Positions 27,215 to 36,709 of a DNA stretch of 64,000 bases are shown piece by piece. Below the pieces are notes generated by a model. It saw nothing but the letters and a program-made list of their open reading frames with translations. It did no database searches and was not told the origin of the DNA. The position numbers and the translations under genes were made by a program. Every line of letters begins with the position of its first letter. The first letter of the stretch is position 1. The stretch comes from a virus. The stretch spans positions 1 through 64,000 of the IMG/VR virus record IMGVR_UViG_3300025057_000004. One strand, given 5' to 3'.

Positions 27215-27928
27215 ATGAGCGCAATTGGCGTGTTGGTCGTAGGACCATCAGGTGCAGGTAAAAGCACCTCAATGATGAATCTTGATCCTAAGAGTACATA
27301 CATTGTGAATGTACAAGGAAAGGCATTGCCGTTTCCTAAAGGTAGAGATTACAAACGTGTTCCGAAAGGAGGAAGACCTGATTCAGGTAATATGTACAGC
27401 ACAGATGATGTACCTACAATTTTGCAGGTGCTTCAGTATGTGAGTGACAAGATGCCTGATATGAAAACAGTAGTGATAGACGATTGGCAGTATTGTGCTG
27501 CTAACGAGTTTATGCGTAAAGCAGAGGTGAAAGGTTTTGAGAAGTTTACACAGATAGGTAAACATATCTGGGAGCTTGCTAATGCACCTACTAACTTACG
27601 TGATGACCTTACAGTTATCTATCTTACTCACGAAGAGGAACTTACGGACTCCACAGGTGCTCGTAAGAAGAAAGCGAAGACCATTGGTAAGCTTGTAGAT
27701 GATAAGATCACACTTGAAGGTATGTTCACCATTGTATTGTATGCAGATGTTGAGACAAAAGAAGAGGGTGGTAGCAAGAAACTATGGAATCACTTCGTAA
27801 CTCAGAATGTGGGTGATACTACTGCAAAGTCCCCAATGGGAATGTTCAGTGAACTCAAGATCGATAACGATCTTAAGACAGTCGTTGATACTATCAACGA
27901 ATACTATGGGAGAGGATCCCAAAATTGA
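27215..27928 (+). CDS. AAA/RecA-fold ATPase (Sak4/AAA_24-like)
   Basis: GPSGAGKST, VVIDD, LTH, TAKSPMGMF. Confidence 0.8.
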   Translation: MSAIGVLVVGPSGAGKSTSMMNLDPKSTYIVNVQGKALPFPKGRDYKRVPKGGRPDSGNMYSTDDVPTILQVLQYVSDKMPDMKTVVIDDWQYCAANEFMRKAEVKGFEKFTQIGKHIWELANAPTNLRDDLTVIYLTHEEELTDSTGARKKKAKTIGKLVDDKITLEGMFTIVLYADVETKEEGGSKKLWNHFVTQNVGDTTAKSPMGMFSELKIDNDLKTVVDTINEYYGRGSQN

Positions 27929-27959
27929 TCAATTTTAATCTTTAATTATTAACTAAGAA

Positions 27960-28307
27960 ATGGAAAACTCCAATTCTAAAAAACAGATCTCTATCAGCGA
28001 GATCATCACCCTTATGGGAGCAGGATACACACGAACTAATACAGCTCGTAATTACAATCCAGAGATCGGATGTATTCAAGATTACTATGACCTACCGAAA
28101 GATCAGGTAAGACTTTTGTTCGAGCATCCAAAATTGGCGAATGTTAAGACGACAAAGGTTGTTGTTCCTATGTTCGATCTTGTAGATGACACTACTACTA
28201 CAAGTAGTGAAGATGAGAATGCCTCTGCTATTCCAGGTGTAACAGCTAATGAAGAGCCTGTAACAGAGACGTTTACTAACACTAACACTTATAATACTTT
28301 TAACTAA
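27960..28307 (+). CDS. Hypothetical protein
   Basis: 115 aa, LFEHPKL motif, acidic/Thr-rich tail. Confidence 0.6.
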   Translation: MENSNSKKQISISEIITLMGAGYTRTNTARNYNPEIGCIQDYYDLPKDQVRLLFEHPKLANVKTTKVVVPMFDLVDDTTTTSSEDENASAIPGVTANEEPVTETFTNTNTYNTFN

Positions 28308-29101
28308 TGGCGATCGGAGTAAGAGACAGTGCAGAAAAGGTAACAGGAGGAGTAAAATTGATGACAGGTGCAAACTTCGTATATGTCAAAGCAATTGCTC
28401 CATCTGTTGAGGAGATGAAGAATGTTCTCGGATTCGAAGAACCAAAGGCACCAACACCATCAGTTGATACAGACGCAGAGGGTAACACCCGTGTACGTAT
28501 TGATATGTGGTTGAGTAGACCAGAAGATGACTTCCTATATCGTGAGTCTTTCTTCATTACAAAGAAGGATGTAGTATCTCAGAGTGGTAAAGTTCAGTTC
28601 GTGAACAACTTTGCTCAGTTCTGTTATGCAGATCCTGAAGAAGGACCTCAGTATGAGTGGTTCAACAAGGAAGGTCTGAGAAGAGCTTTCAATGGCGAAG
28701 AGCAGTTTATGAACTTCATCCGTGTATGGGTAAACCATAAGGGTGGTAAGAAAGGTGAGCAATTGTTCTTTGATAATTGGGATGCTATCTTCGCAGGTAA
28801 CTTCGGAGAGATCAAAGGTATTCTACAGATGACCAATGATGGTGAACCTAATCGTGTAGGCATGCTATTCGGTGTGAAGACAACTGACGATGGTAAGCAG
28901 TATCAGACATCATACAGAAAACTGTATGTACGTCCTTATCAGAATGCTGCTACTGAGTTTCAAAAGTCTTTGAACGATGAGTATGGTGCATTCAATCACG
29001 ATTATCAAGGAAGCCTTGTGTGGCAGGACTACAATCCTACCGCAGTAAAAGACCCTGTGGGTTCTGAAGCACCAGGTGCATCAGATTCTCCTTGGGGATG
29101 A
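28307..29101 (+). CDS. Single-stranded DNA-binding protein (crAss-type), putative
   Basis: Beta-rich; C-terminal tail ending SDSPWG resembles SSB tails; between AAA ATPase and primase. Confidence 0.6.
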   Translation: MAIGVRDSAEKVTGGVKLMTGANFVYVKAIAPSVEEMKNVLGFEEPKAPTPSVDTDAEGNTRVRIDMWLSRPEDDFLYRESFFITKKDVVSQSGKVQFVNNFAQFCYADPEEGPQYEWFNKEGLRRAFNGEEQFMNFIRVWVNHKGGKKGEQLFFDNWDAIFAGNFGEIKGILQMTNDGEPNRVGMLFGVKTTDDGKQYQTSYRKLYVRPYQNAATEFQKSLNDEYGAFNHDYQGSLVWQDYNPTAVKDPVGSEAPGASDSPWG

Positions 29102-29130
29102 TAAACAGTTAATATTCATTATGCTATACT

Positions 29131-30069
29131 ATGCCTGTAAACGTAAGAAAAGAATTGAGTATCGAAAAGATACTCAGCAAAACATCACAGCTTGACATAT
29201 ATAGAAAGTACATCGGAGATGTTTCTCCAAAGAAGATGATATCGTCACCTCTACGTGAGGGCGACAGTACACCTTCATTCAGACTTTACTATGGTAACAA
29301 CGGTGATCTGCGATTCGTTGATTACGGTACAGGTATAAGAGGAGGAGTATTTGATCTCGTATCAATGCTTTATCCTTATCTCACTTTCGGGGAGTTGCTT
29401 GAAAAAGTATGGGAGGATCTGCAATGCAGGTCTCTCCCGCAACTTCCGATAGTATCAAACAAGAGGATAAAACCTAAAAGCTTTCCAACGATACTCATAA
29501 AGAAACGTCAGCCCACAGAGGATGATGTACAGATGTGGAAACAATGGGGAATCTCTACTGATACACTCAATCACTTCAGAGTAAGTCCGATATCTAAGTT
29601 CTGGATAGACAGGTCTTTGTTTAAATGCAAGACCCTCTCTTATGCTTATGATCTGTTCACAGAGTTTAAGATATACAGACCTCTTGAAGAAAGAATGAGA
29701 TTCATATCAGGTGGTATGGAACTGCAAGGTTACAGATTGCTACCTCATAAAGGTGAGATATGTGTGATACAGAAGTCTTACAAAGATGTAATGCTGATGC
29801 ATGAAATGGGAATACCTTCATTTGCACCACAGGCAGAATCTATTGATGTGCCAGAGGATAAGATGGAGAGTATCATGTCACGTTTTGACCGTGTATTCAT
29901 TTGGGGTGATCCAGACACAGCAGGTAATCTGTTCGCAGATAGACATGTTGAGAAGTATGGTGTAACCCCTGTATTCAATGATGACGGTACAAAAGACATT
30001 ACTGATTCTTATGCAATGCACGGTAAGTATCACGCTTATGGTATGATGGAAAAGCTGTTGGGTATCTGA
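29131..30069 (+). CDS. dnaG: DNA primase (DnaG-like TOPRIM)
   Basis: SSPLREGDSTPSF, DYGTG, IQKSYKDVM, GDPDTAG, KDITD. Confidence 0.85.
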   Translation: MPVNVRKELSIEKILSKTSQLDIYRKYIGDVSPKKMISSPLREGDSTPSFRLYYGNNGDLRFVDYGTGIRGGVFDLVSMLYPYLTFGELLEKVWEDLQCRSLPQLPIVSNKRIKPKSFPTILIKKRQPTEDDVQMWKQWGISTDTLNHFRVSPISKFWIDRSLFKCKTLSYAYDLFTEFKIYRPLEERMRFISGGMELQGYRLLPHKGEICVIQKSYKDVMLMHEMGIPSFAPQAESIDVPEDKMESIMSRFDRVFIWGDPDTAGNLFADRHVEKYGVTPVFNDDGTKDITDSYAMHGKYHAYGMMEKLLGI

Positions 30070-30089
30070 TGGCAAAGTGAAGTTGAAAA

Positions 30090-30437
30090 ATGGCAAACCG
30101 CAATAGAAATGCAGGTCATTCGTGGGAGAGAGAGTGCGTAAAGCTGTTATCAGAGTTTTTTCCAGACGTTGTGACATCACGTTCGGAGTCAAGAAGAAGA
30201 GACGACCAGAAGGTTGACCTCTGCTACACTGACTACCTGAATGTACAGTGCAAAACACTGAAAGACCGTGTAGATTATATATCTGTACTTAAGACTATGC
30301 CTGTAGAGGAAGGTCAACTCAATGTGATATTTGAGAAGAAGACCACTAAAAGTCCTAAAGGAAGATTTGTAACACAGGGCAAATATGTACATATGACGCT
30401 GGATGATTTTATTAACTTAATCCGTAAGACATGTTAA
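30090..30437 (+). CDS. Holliday junction resolvase-like PD-(D/E)XK nuclease
   Basis: GHSWERE...VDL...NVQCK. Confidence 0.75.
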   Translation: MANRNRNAGHSWERECVKLLSEFFPDVVTSRSESRRRDDQKVDLCYTDYLNVQCKTLKDRVDYISVLKTMPVEEGQLNVIFEKKTTKSPKGRFVTQGKYVHMTLDDFINLIRKTC

Positions 30438-30784
30438 ATCTATCAATATCATTTGCAATACTGCATACGTTTGTAACGGCAACATGCTATCAAGCAGTTC
30501 CTGAACAATGTGATGCAGATCCGTATGTTACAGCATTCAACTACCGTATTGATCCTAAAGATCCATTATCACACAGGTATGTGGCGATAAGCAGAGATCT
30601 TGAGGCATTCTATTCACCAGGTGATTCCATATATATTGTGGGAGTAGGTGAGTATGACGGTATGTGGATGGTTGCTGACAGAATGAATAGAAGATGGTCT
30701 AACAGGATTGATCTTCTTGTAAATAATGATTCCTATGTTGACAGATTTACGGACGTAAGAATCATAGAACATGTTCGGAAATGA
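30431..30784 (+). CDS. 3D (Asp-Asp-Asp) domain protein, MltA-like peptidoglycan lytic transglycosylase fold
   Basis: VTATCY...QCD...TA...VAISRDL...GDSIYI...VADRM...IDLL; hydrophobic N-terminus. Confidence 0.75.
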   Translation: MLNLSISFAILHTFVTATCYQAVPEQCDADPYVTAFNYRIDPKDPLSHRYVAISRDLEAFYSPGDSIYIVGVGEYDGMWMVADRMNRRWSNRIDLLVNNDSYVDRFTDVRIIEHVRK

Positions 30785-31043
30785 ACTGTCGGAAACGACA
30801 ATCTCCAAAACATGTGAAGTATTGAATCGTGACAGGGAATCCATTGAGAACTGTAATGTTAGCACATTGCGGTTCGAAGTGGAGGAACTGTACGATATCT
30901 CACATGACCACGTACTTTCATCAGCAATGGCAGGAGATGCTATTGAAGCTGAGATAAAGTACAAAAAGAATGTTGATGAGCTGTATTCACTGCTTATGAA
31001 CGATATTGAAGCCCACCTTGATACAGGTGGCATTTTAATCTGA
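30771..31043 (+). CDS. Hypothetical acidic protein
   Basis: 90 aa ORF. Confidence 0.55.
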   Translation: MFGNELSETTISKTCEVLNRDRESIENCNVSTLRFEVEELYDISHDHVLSSAMAGDAIEAEIKYKKNVDELYSLLMNDIEAHLDTGGILI

Positions 31044-31058
31044 CAAAAAACTATAATA

Positions 31059-31493
31059 ATGTCAAGAGCAATCTATATTAAATCAGAAGGTAACGCAAGA
31101 CCAAAGAAAGTAACTGACTTCGAAGGAACTACATTCGGTGAGTTGAAAGCTCACGTAACAGATGTAAACTTTGAGAACGCGAATGTGATCATTCACTCTA
31201 CAAAGACAACATTGTTCGATGATACATCATTGATTCCTGCAGAAGGTGATGTCATCTTGCTTGTGGTACCAAAACAAATGAAAGCAGGTAATGATGAACT
31301 ACAGGTATCTGATACCGATGAGTTCAGCGACCTTATGGAGTGCTACAACGAGCTTGTAGATGCCTCATCTCGTTTTAACGAAGCACTTAAGGCAGTAGGA
31401 GAACTTATTGTAGAGGATGAAGAAAATGTTGAAGTTGGTGGTAGCACTCTTGCTGCTATTAACAGAGCATTCAGAAACTTCTCAGGTAAGTAA
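31059..31493 (+). CDS. Ubiquitin-like (beta-grasp) protein precursor with C-terminal extension
   Basis: Residues 1-77 show a beta-beta-alpha(TFGELK)-beta-beta-beta(ILLVVP) pattern ending KMKAG-type Gly77 (PKQMKAG), then a 67-aa acidic helical tail; upstream of E2, JAB and E1 genes. Confidence 0.65.
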   Translation: MSRAIYIKSEGNARPKKVTDFEGTTFGELKAHVTDVNFENANVIIHSTKTTLFDDTSLIPAEGDVILLVVPKQMKAGNDELQVSDTDEFSDLMECYNELVDASSRFNEALKAVGELIVEDEENVEVGGSTLAAINRAFRNFSGK

Positions 31494-31500
31494 TTGATTA

Positions 31501-31530
31501 GGAGACCCTTCTGAAATACGGAGGGTCTCC
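31501..31530 (+). promoter_or_regulatory. Intercistronic hairpin between Ubl and E2 genes
   Basis: GGAGACCCUU/GAGGGUCUCC 10-bp stem without a strong U-tract. Confidence 0.7.
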
Positions 31531-31550
31531 ATTCATTTAAAACGATAAAT

Positions 31551-32633
31551 ATGCGACCACTTGCGTTTAAAATTAAGGGTGATTTCGGCACAGTATATAT
31601 TACAGAGGGTGGTATCAAAGATGTTGCTCCTGAAGGTGTATTGTACGTAGCTAATATTCATCCTGATGATGACATCATAGACAGAGATAGTTTTAAATAT
31701 CATATTATTTTGAAACATCTTTATGATATATTGGATCATAGATACAAATGTGATGGTGATATAAGTAATATTGATATTGATGTAAGGTATATACATTATT
31801 CTGATGCATATAATATCAATATAAAAATGTATCATGGTGATATTGAGATCATTAATAGTTTGGGTCATAAAGCTTTGATCAAAGAAGTGTATACTAAAAC
31901 GTTTATCATAGCAGATGAAAGAGGTATGAAGTTTCGAGATCTTAATATACTTCGCACTTGTATCAACACCATCGAAGCAGAAAAAAAATTCTGTCATTCT
32001 CATGCTCCTGGTTTATCAACATTTCGACCTAGTTGGAGTTCTATGTGTTTAGGTGATTCTGAATTGTATAAACATTTCTTTAAAAGAAAGAGAAAGCATA
32101 CAGATATGAGCCTTTATTCAGTATATCTTGATACTTATCTTGCTTGGGAGAGTAAAGAAGGTGGACCTTACAGCACTATTGAAAGTGTTTATAATTGTCC
32201 TATTAATGATTCAAGTGTTAATATAAGTATTGACGATGTGAATGTTGATAATCTTATATACAAGTATGCAGATGTGTTTCAAGTAGTTGATTATAACGGT
32301 AAACTTACCGTATCATCTGACTTTATGAATCATATTGAAATAGAAGGTGTACGTAAGACCAATTCATATGGTAATTACTTTGATTTTGACATTTTTAAAA
32401 CAACCACTAGTTATACAGGAGGTAATGATGTTGAATGTTCATCCGCAACATTCAGGGGTGTTCCGTTAAGAATGGCTATAAAGGATATTGACAAAGATGA
32501 ACTGATGTCATATATGCCTACTATTTATAACAGACCGCCAGGAAACCTAATGGATACAATAAAAAATAGAGTTTCTTCAATTATAAATCTTAATTATGAA
32601 AAAAGTAACAGAGAAGAAGTACGAAACGCTTGA
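31551..32633 (+). CDS. Prokaryotic E2 (ubiquitin-conjugating enzyme)-like protein
   Basis: FCHSH-x13-MCLG resembles the E2 HP(N/H)...CL catalytic signature; downstream WESKEGGPY; between Ubl and JAB genes. Confidence 0.65.
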   Translation: MRPLAFKIKGDFGTVYITEGGIKDVAPEGVLYVANIHPDDDIIDRDSFKYHIILKHLYDILDHRYKCDGDISNIDIDVRYIHYSDAYNINIKMYHGDIEIINSLGHKALIKEVYTKTFIIADERGMKFRDLNILRTCINTIEAEKKFCHSHAPGLSTFRPSWSSMCLGDSELYKHFFKRKRKHTDMSLYSVYLDTYLAWESKEGGPYSTIESVYNCPINDSSVNISIDDVNVDNLIYKYADVFQVVDYNGKLTVSSDFMNHIEIEGVRKTNSYGNYFDFDIFKTTTSYTGGNDVECSSATFRGVPLRMAIKDIDKDELMSYMPTIYNRPPGNLMDTIKNRVSSIINLNYEKSNREEVRNA

Positions 32634-33708
32634 GCTGAAAGAAAAAGGTAAGCTCATTATTACAGAAGATGTAAAGAAAAAGATCGATCAGATGCATGAT
32701 CGTGTAGGTAATACTGAATGGTGTGGTTTTATCTTTTATGAAAAAGTTGAAGGTAGCATCAGTGATCCTGAAACATATGTGGCTAAGACTACAGATGTCT
32801 ATATGATGGATATCGGCAGTCATAGTTATACTGAGAGTGATAATCATACTGATGATGTTGTTAGTATGGTAGATCGTATTCCTGCATATATGGAAAACAG
32901 ATATGGTCTGATACATACGCATCATAATATGAGTGCTTTCTTTTCAGGTACTGATATTCAAGAGTTGCACGATAACGTTCATCTATATTCTTATTATCTG
33001 TCACTGATCGTTAATTTCGATGGTAAGTGGTGTGCTAAGATTGCTAAGTTGATAGATGTTGAAAGCAGTTCTTATACCATTACTGAAGAAGATGAGGATG
33101 ATGTAATTGTAAACATTCCATCAAAGAAGGTGATGATCACATTTGATCTTGACATTGAGTTTGAACAGCCTGAAGCTTATGATGATGTAGTTGAATTACG
33201 TATTGCTGAGATCAGAGAACGTAAGAAGAAGGAAGAAGAAGAGAAGAAGAAAAACAAATCTCTTTTCAACAATCCTTATCAGACAAACATGTTCAAAAAC
33301 ACTGATTACTACAGTCACTCAAGTCTTAATGCATACAATAATTGGTATGCTCAATATGATGAATTGGTACAGCAACCTAAAACAGGTTTTACAGAAGATG
33401 ATGAGATAGAGTGGTTCATATCATCTCTTATTTATCTTGATCCTTATGCTGATGAACCATTGCACGATGCATTATCAGATCTTAAGGATCATGAATCAGA
33501 TCCTTATTTCAATGTGTATGTAGATCAATTGAATGACAATGCAGTAAACTATGCTATCGATCATTTTGATATTACTGGGGCATACGAGGGTGTATGCAGT
33601 ACATTAAAAAAGCTGAAGCCTTACTCAGGTAAAGGTGTTGAGAAGCTTAGAGAAGCACTTGAGTTAGCTAAACACGAGTTAAATAAGAATAACGAATACT
33701 CACTATGA
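32596..33708 (+). CDS. JAB/MPN+ metallopeptidase (deubiquitinase-like) with C-terminal extension
   Basis: TEWCGF...GLIHTHHNMSAFFSGTD = E...HxH-x7-S-x2-D JAMM motif. Confidence 0.88.
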   Translation: MKKVTEKKYETLELKEKGKLIITEDVKKKIDQMHDRVGNTEWCGFIFYEKVEGSISDPETYVAKTTDVYMMDIGSHSYTESDNHTDDVVSMVDRIPAYMENRYGLIHTHHNMSAFFSGTDIQELHDNVHLYSYYLSLIVNFDGKWCAKIAKLIDVESSSYTITEEDEDDVIVNIPSKKVMITFDLDIEFEQPEAYDDVVELRIAEIRERKKKEEEEKKKNKSLFNNPYQTNMFKNTDYYSHSSLNAYNNWYAQYDELVQQPKTGFTEDDEIEWFISSLIYLDPYADEPLHDALSDLKDHESDPYFNVYVDQLNDNAVNYAIDHFDITGAYEGVCSTLKKLKPYSGKGVEKLREALELAKHELNKNNEYSL

Positions 33709-34394
33709 TAGAAGTACAACACAAGGATTCTCATACGAGATTCAATAGTGTTGACTGGTTCGGTGATTTCAGAGAGATAACTATCGGTGGTGTCGGCACT
33801 ATCGGTAGTTGGCTTTCTCTGTTATTGGCAAGAACTGGTGAACACGAATTGATCATGTATGATGATGATCAGGTTGAAAGCATCAATCTATCAGGACAAC
33901 TGTTCTCGAAAGATGATGTTGGCAGATCTAAAACGGACAGTGCACGTGATAACATATTCTCATTTACTGAGATATCAGATCAGAAAGTGCATTCGATGAA
34001 TCAGAAACTTACGAGCGAATCGTATGTATCTGCAATCTCATTCTCTTGCTTTGACAATATGAAAGCACGTAAAGAGATGTTCAACAAATGGAAGACCCTT
34101 GAGAACAGAGAGCTTTTCATTGATGGTCGTATGACCATTGAAACATACGAAGTGTATGTTGTAAAGAAAGGAGATGAGAAACGCTACGAGCAGACACTGT
34201 TTGATGATTCACAGGTAGCAGAACAGATATGTTCTTTGAAGAACACATCACATACAGGTGCGCTCATTGCTGCAAGAATGGTAACTTCATTCACAAACCA
34301 TATTGCCAATCAGATAATGGGCATTGATATACGTGAAGTACCATTTCATTTTAGAGAAGATATGCAATTACAGTTAATTACTATGGAATGTTAG
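33705..34394 (+). CDS. ThiF/MoeB/E1-like activating enzyme
   Basis: GGVGTIGS, YDDDQVESINLSGQLF, CFDN, DGRM; single Cys in the crossover loop (EQICSLK). Confidence 0.88.
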   Translation: MIEVQHKDSHTRFNSVDWFGDFREITIGGVGTIGSWLSLLLARTGEHELIMYDDDQVESINLSGQLFSKDDVGRSKTDSARDNIFSFTEISDQKVHSMNQKLTSESYVSAISFSCFDNMKARKEMFNKWKTLENRELFIDGRMTIETYEVYVVKKGDEKRYEQTLFDDSQVAEQICSLKNTSHTGALIAARMVTSFTNHIANQIMGIDIREVPFHFREDMQLQLITMEC

Positions 34395-34876
34395 CAGAAA
34401 TAATAAAACATTATGATGATCCTTATAAAATTGATCTTTATGATTTTAGACGTTTATATCTTTCTAATGAAAAACAGTCTTTTAAAAGATTGTCTCCTAT
34501 AGTACATAATACACTTGTACCTGTTATTTATGCTATTACAGGTACCAATAAAATAAATGATCGTCAGGTAAATGGTATATACGAAAGTATATATGATTCT
34601 AATCGAGGCTTTTATGTAAATGCTGTTGCGTGTATAGATCATAGAGAAGTAAAGAAAGTGCGTGAGAATTTTATTCATGCATTACTTAACCACCACGATT
34701 TTATGAAAGTGACAAATATCACGTTTGTTCTTGAAAATGATAACGCTGAAGTAGCTATTCCAAGTGATTTTATAGCTAAGAAAGAAATGCTTGCTGATGT
34801 ACAGAACAATCTGTCAACTATGATCAAGCAGTCTATTGAGAAAGATAATGAATTAGGTTTAATGATAGTAGAATAA
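34388..34876 (+). CDS. Hypothetical protein overlapping the E1 gene end
   Basis: 162 aa; AT-rich 5' half. Confidence 0.6.
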   Translation: MLAEIIKHYDDPYKIDLYDFRRLYLSNEKQSFKRLSPIVHNTLVPVIYAITGTNKINDRQVNGIYESIYDSNRGFYVNAVACIDHREVKKVRENFIHALLNHHDFMKVTNITFVLENDNAEVAIPSDFIAKKEMLADVQNNLSTMIKQSIEKDNELGLMIVE

Positions 34877-35949
34877 TGGAAAGAAACAATTATTTTGAAA
34901 GGAAGGCAGTGTCACGTTCACTGCTTTCCGAATTTGCTCGTCATCCACAACGAGCTAAAGCAATGCTTGACGGTACTGCAGTAAAAGTAGAGAGTGATGC
35001 GATGAACTTCGGTAGCATGTTCGATTCTTTGATGTTTGATACAGCACAGGAGTTTTCTTCTAAGTATCGTGTATCGCAATATGAGAATCCTTGGACAGAC
35101 AGACGTAAGAATACAGGTAAGTTTACATATGCTCTTGAGCAGATAATGCAGGAGACACTTGCTAATGATGCGACTGCAGACCTTGAGACAATGTTTATGC
35201 AAGCATATACACAGTCAGGTATCAAGAGTCCTAAAGTATATGATCTTATTGCTGAGTTTGTAGAAGTAGGAGGTAGAGATTGGGCATCCGAGTATATGAT
35301 GGCAAGTAAGATCACTCTTATTACTCAAGAAGAGTACAACAAAGCTGCTGCAATGAAAGCAATGCTTATCAACAATAAGTATGTAGGTGATATGTTTGTA
35401 ATGGATGTACCTGAAAGTCATAGTGTGTTGCGTGATAAGGTTGAAATCATATATCAAATGGATATATCATTTGAAATGGAAGGCGTTCAATGTAAGGCAC
35501 TTCCAGATATTGTTATTATTGATCACGAGACGAAGGTTATACAGGTTGTAGACCTTAAAACAACATCTTCTTACGATCATAGTGTGATGTCATCATTTAT
35601 GAAGTTTGGATATGATTATCAGGCTGCATGGTATACACTTGCTATTGAGATGATCACACAGCAAGCAGGACCATTGCAAGGCTATACAGTATCTCCTTCA
35701 TTCTTATTTGTATTTGTTGATACAGTACAAGGTAATGAGCCTATATGTGTAAAGATGTCAGAAATGGATGTTGATTGTGCTATCAATGGTGGTTATAGAT
35801 ACAACAGAAAACGCAAAGGTATTCTTGACGTATTCAGAGACTATCTATGGCATGTCAATAATGATCTGTGGGATTATCATAGAGACTATTACGAGAACGA
35901 TGGTGTTATCATAACTGATATTTACGACAATGTTCTTGAAGGAGTCTGA
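34876..35949 (+). CDS. PD-(D/E)XK exonuclease (RecE/exonuclease VIII-like)
   Basis: SRSLL, FGSMFD, CKALPD...VVDLKTT, YDYQAAWY. Confidence 0.8.
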   Translation: MERNNYFERKAVSRSLLSEFARHPQRAKAMLDGTAVKVESDAMNFGSMFDSLMFDTAQEFSSKYRVSQYENPWTDRRKNTGKFTYALEQIMQETLANDATADLETMFMQAYTQSGIKSPKVYDLIAEFVEVGGRDWASEYMMASKITLITQEEYNKAAAMKAMLINNKYVGDMFVMDVPESHSVLRDKVEIIYQMDISFEMEGVQCKALPDIVIIDHETKVIQVVDLKTTSSYDHSVMSSFMKFGYDYQAAWYTLAIEMITQQAGPLQGYTVSPSFLFVFVDTVQGNEPICVKMSEMDVDCAINGGYRYNRKRKGILDVFRDYLWHVNNDLWDYHRDYYENDGVIITDIYDNVLEGV

Positions 35950-36709
35950 GATAAAAGGTGTCATTACCTATACAGGCTTTCACATTCAGATAAGTGTAAA
36001 AGAAGATGGTGAGATTGAAGAGATGGAAGACGAAAACGGTTTTTTCTATGAAATTAGAAAGAACGGAAAACGTTTATTCTTCAAAGGAGACCATATCTAT
36101 GTCAAAGATGTAGGTTGGTATCAACTCAACGATATTGCTCTGATGCGTTCTCATAACGGTATCAGAGTATATCGCGGTCTTACTATGGAGAGATCAGATA
36201 CATCACTCTTGATACTGCCTGTATATGGTGGTACAAGAGCTGATGTGTCATTCTCTACACATCTTATGAATGCTTATCTATATCGTGAAGGTTGTATGGA
36301 TGGTTGCATATGGGTTCTTATGAAAAGACCTTATGTTGTTGACAGTAGATATGAGAATGCAATGCATTTCTTCAGGTCATCTGATCACTTTATGCGTGAA
36401 GAAGAACTCGGTAGTGAGTATGTAATGCTTACACTTGCAATACCTGATGACTTTGTTGAAGATCTTGTACGCATTCGCGTTGGTAAATTTTCAGAGATCA
36501 GTGAGTCTCATAAAAAGCGTATTTATGATTTTCATATGATACGTGATAAATACAACAAGATTCGTCTTGAATTGGAGAAGAGTCCTCTTCTGCGTGATAA
36601 GATGGAGAAAGAGTATGATATTGAGATTCCAGAAGGTAGTGAATTACGCTCACGTATGGATGAAGATAGAGAAACATTTTATGATAAATACATAATATAT
36701 GAGCGTTGA
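35930..36709 (+). CDS. Hypothetical protein
   Basis: 259 aa; GKFSEIS...K and ELRSR motifs. Confidence 0.65.
   Translation: MFLKESEIKGVITYTGFHIQISVKEDGEIEEMEDENGFFYEIRKNGKRLFFKGDHIYVKDVGWYQLNDIALMRSHNGIRVYRGLTMERSDTSLLILPVYGGTRADVSFSTHLMNAYLYREGCMDGCIWVLMKRPYVVDSRYENAMHFFRSSDHFMREEELGSEYVMLTLAIPDDFVEDLVRIRVGKFSEISESHKKRIYDFHMIRDKYNKIRLELEKSPLLRDKMEKEYDIEIPEGSELRSRMDEDRETFYDKYIIYER

Noticed and set aside
33705-34394. ThiF as an auxiliary thiamine or molybdopterin biosynthesis gene
   Set aside because: No ThiS/MoaD with terminal GG, ThiG or MoaE in the window; its neighbours are E2- and JAB-like genes.
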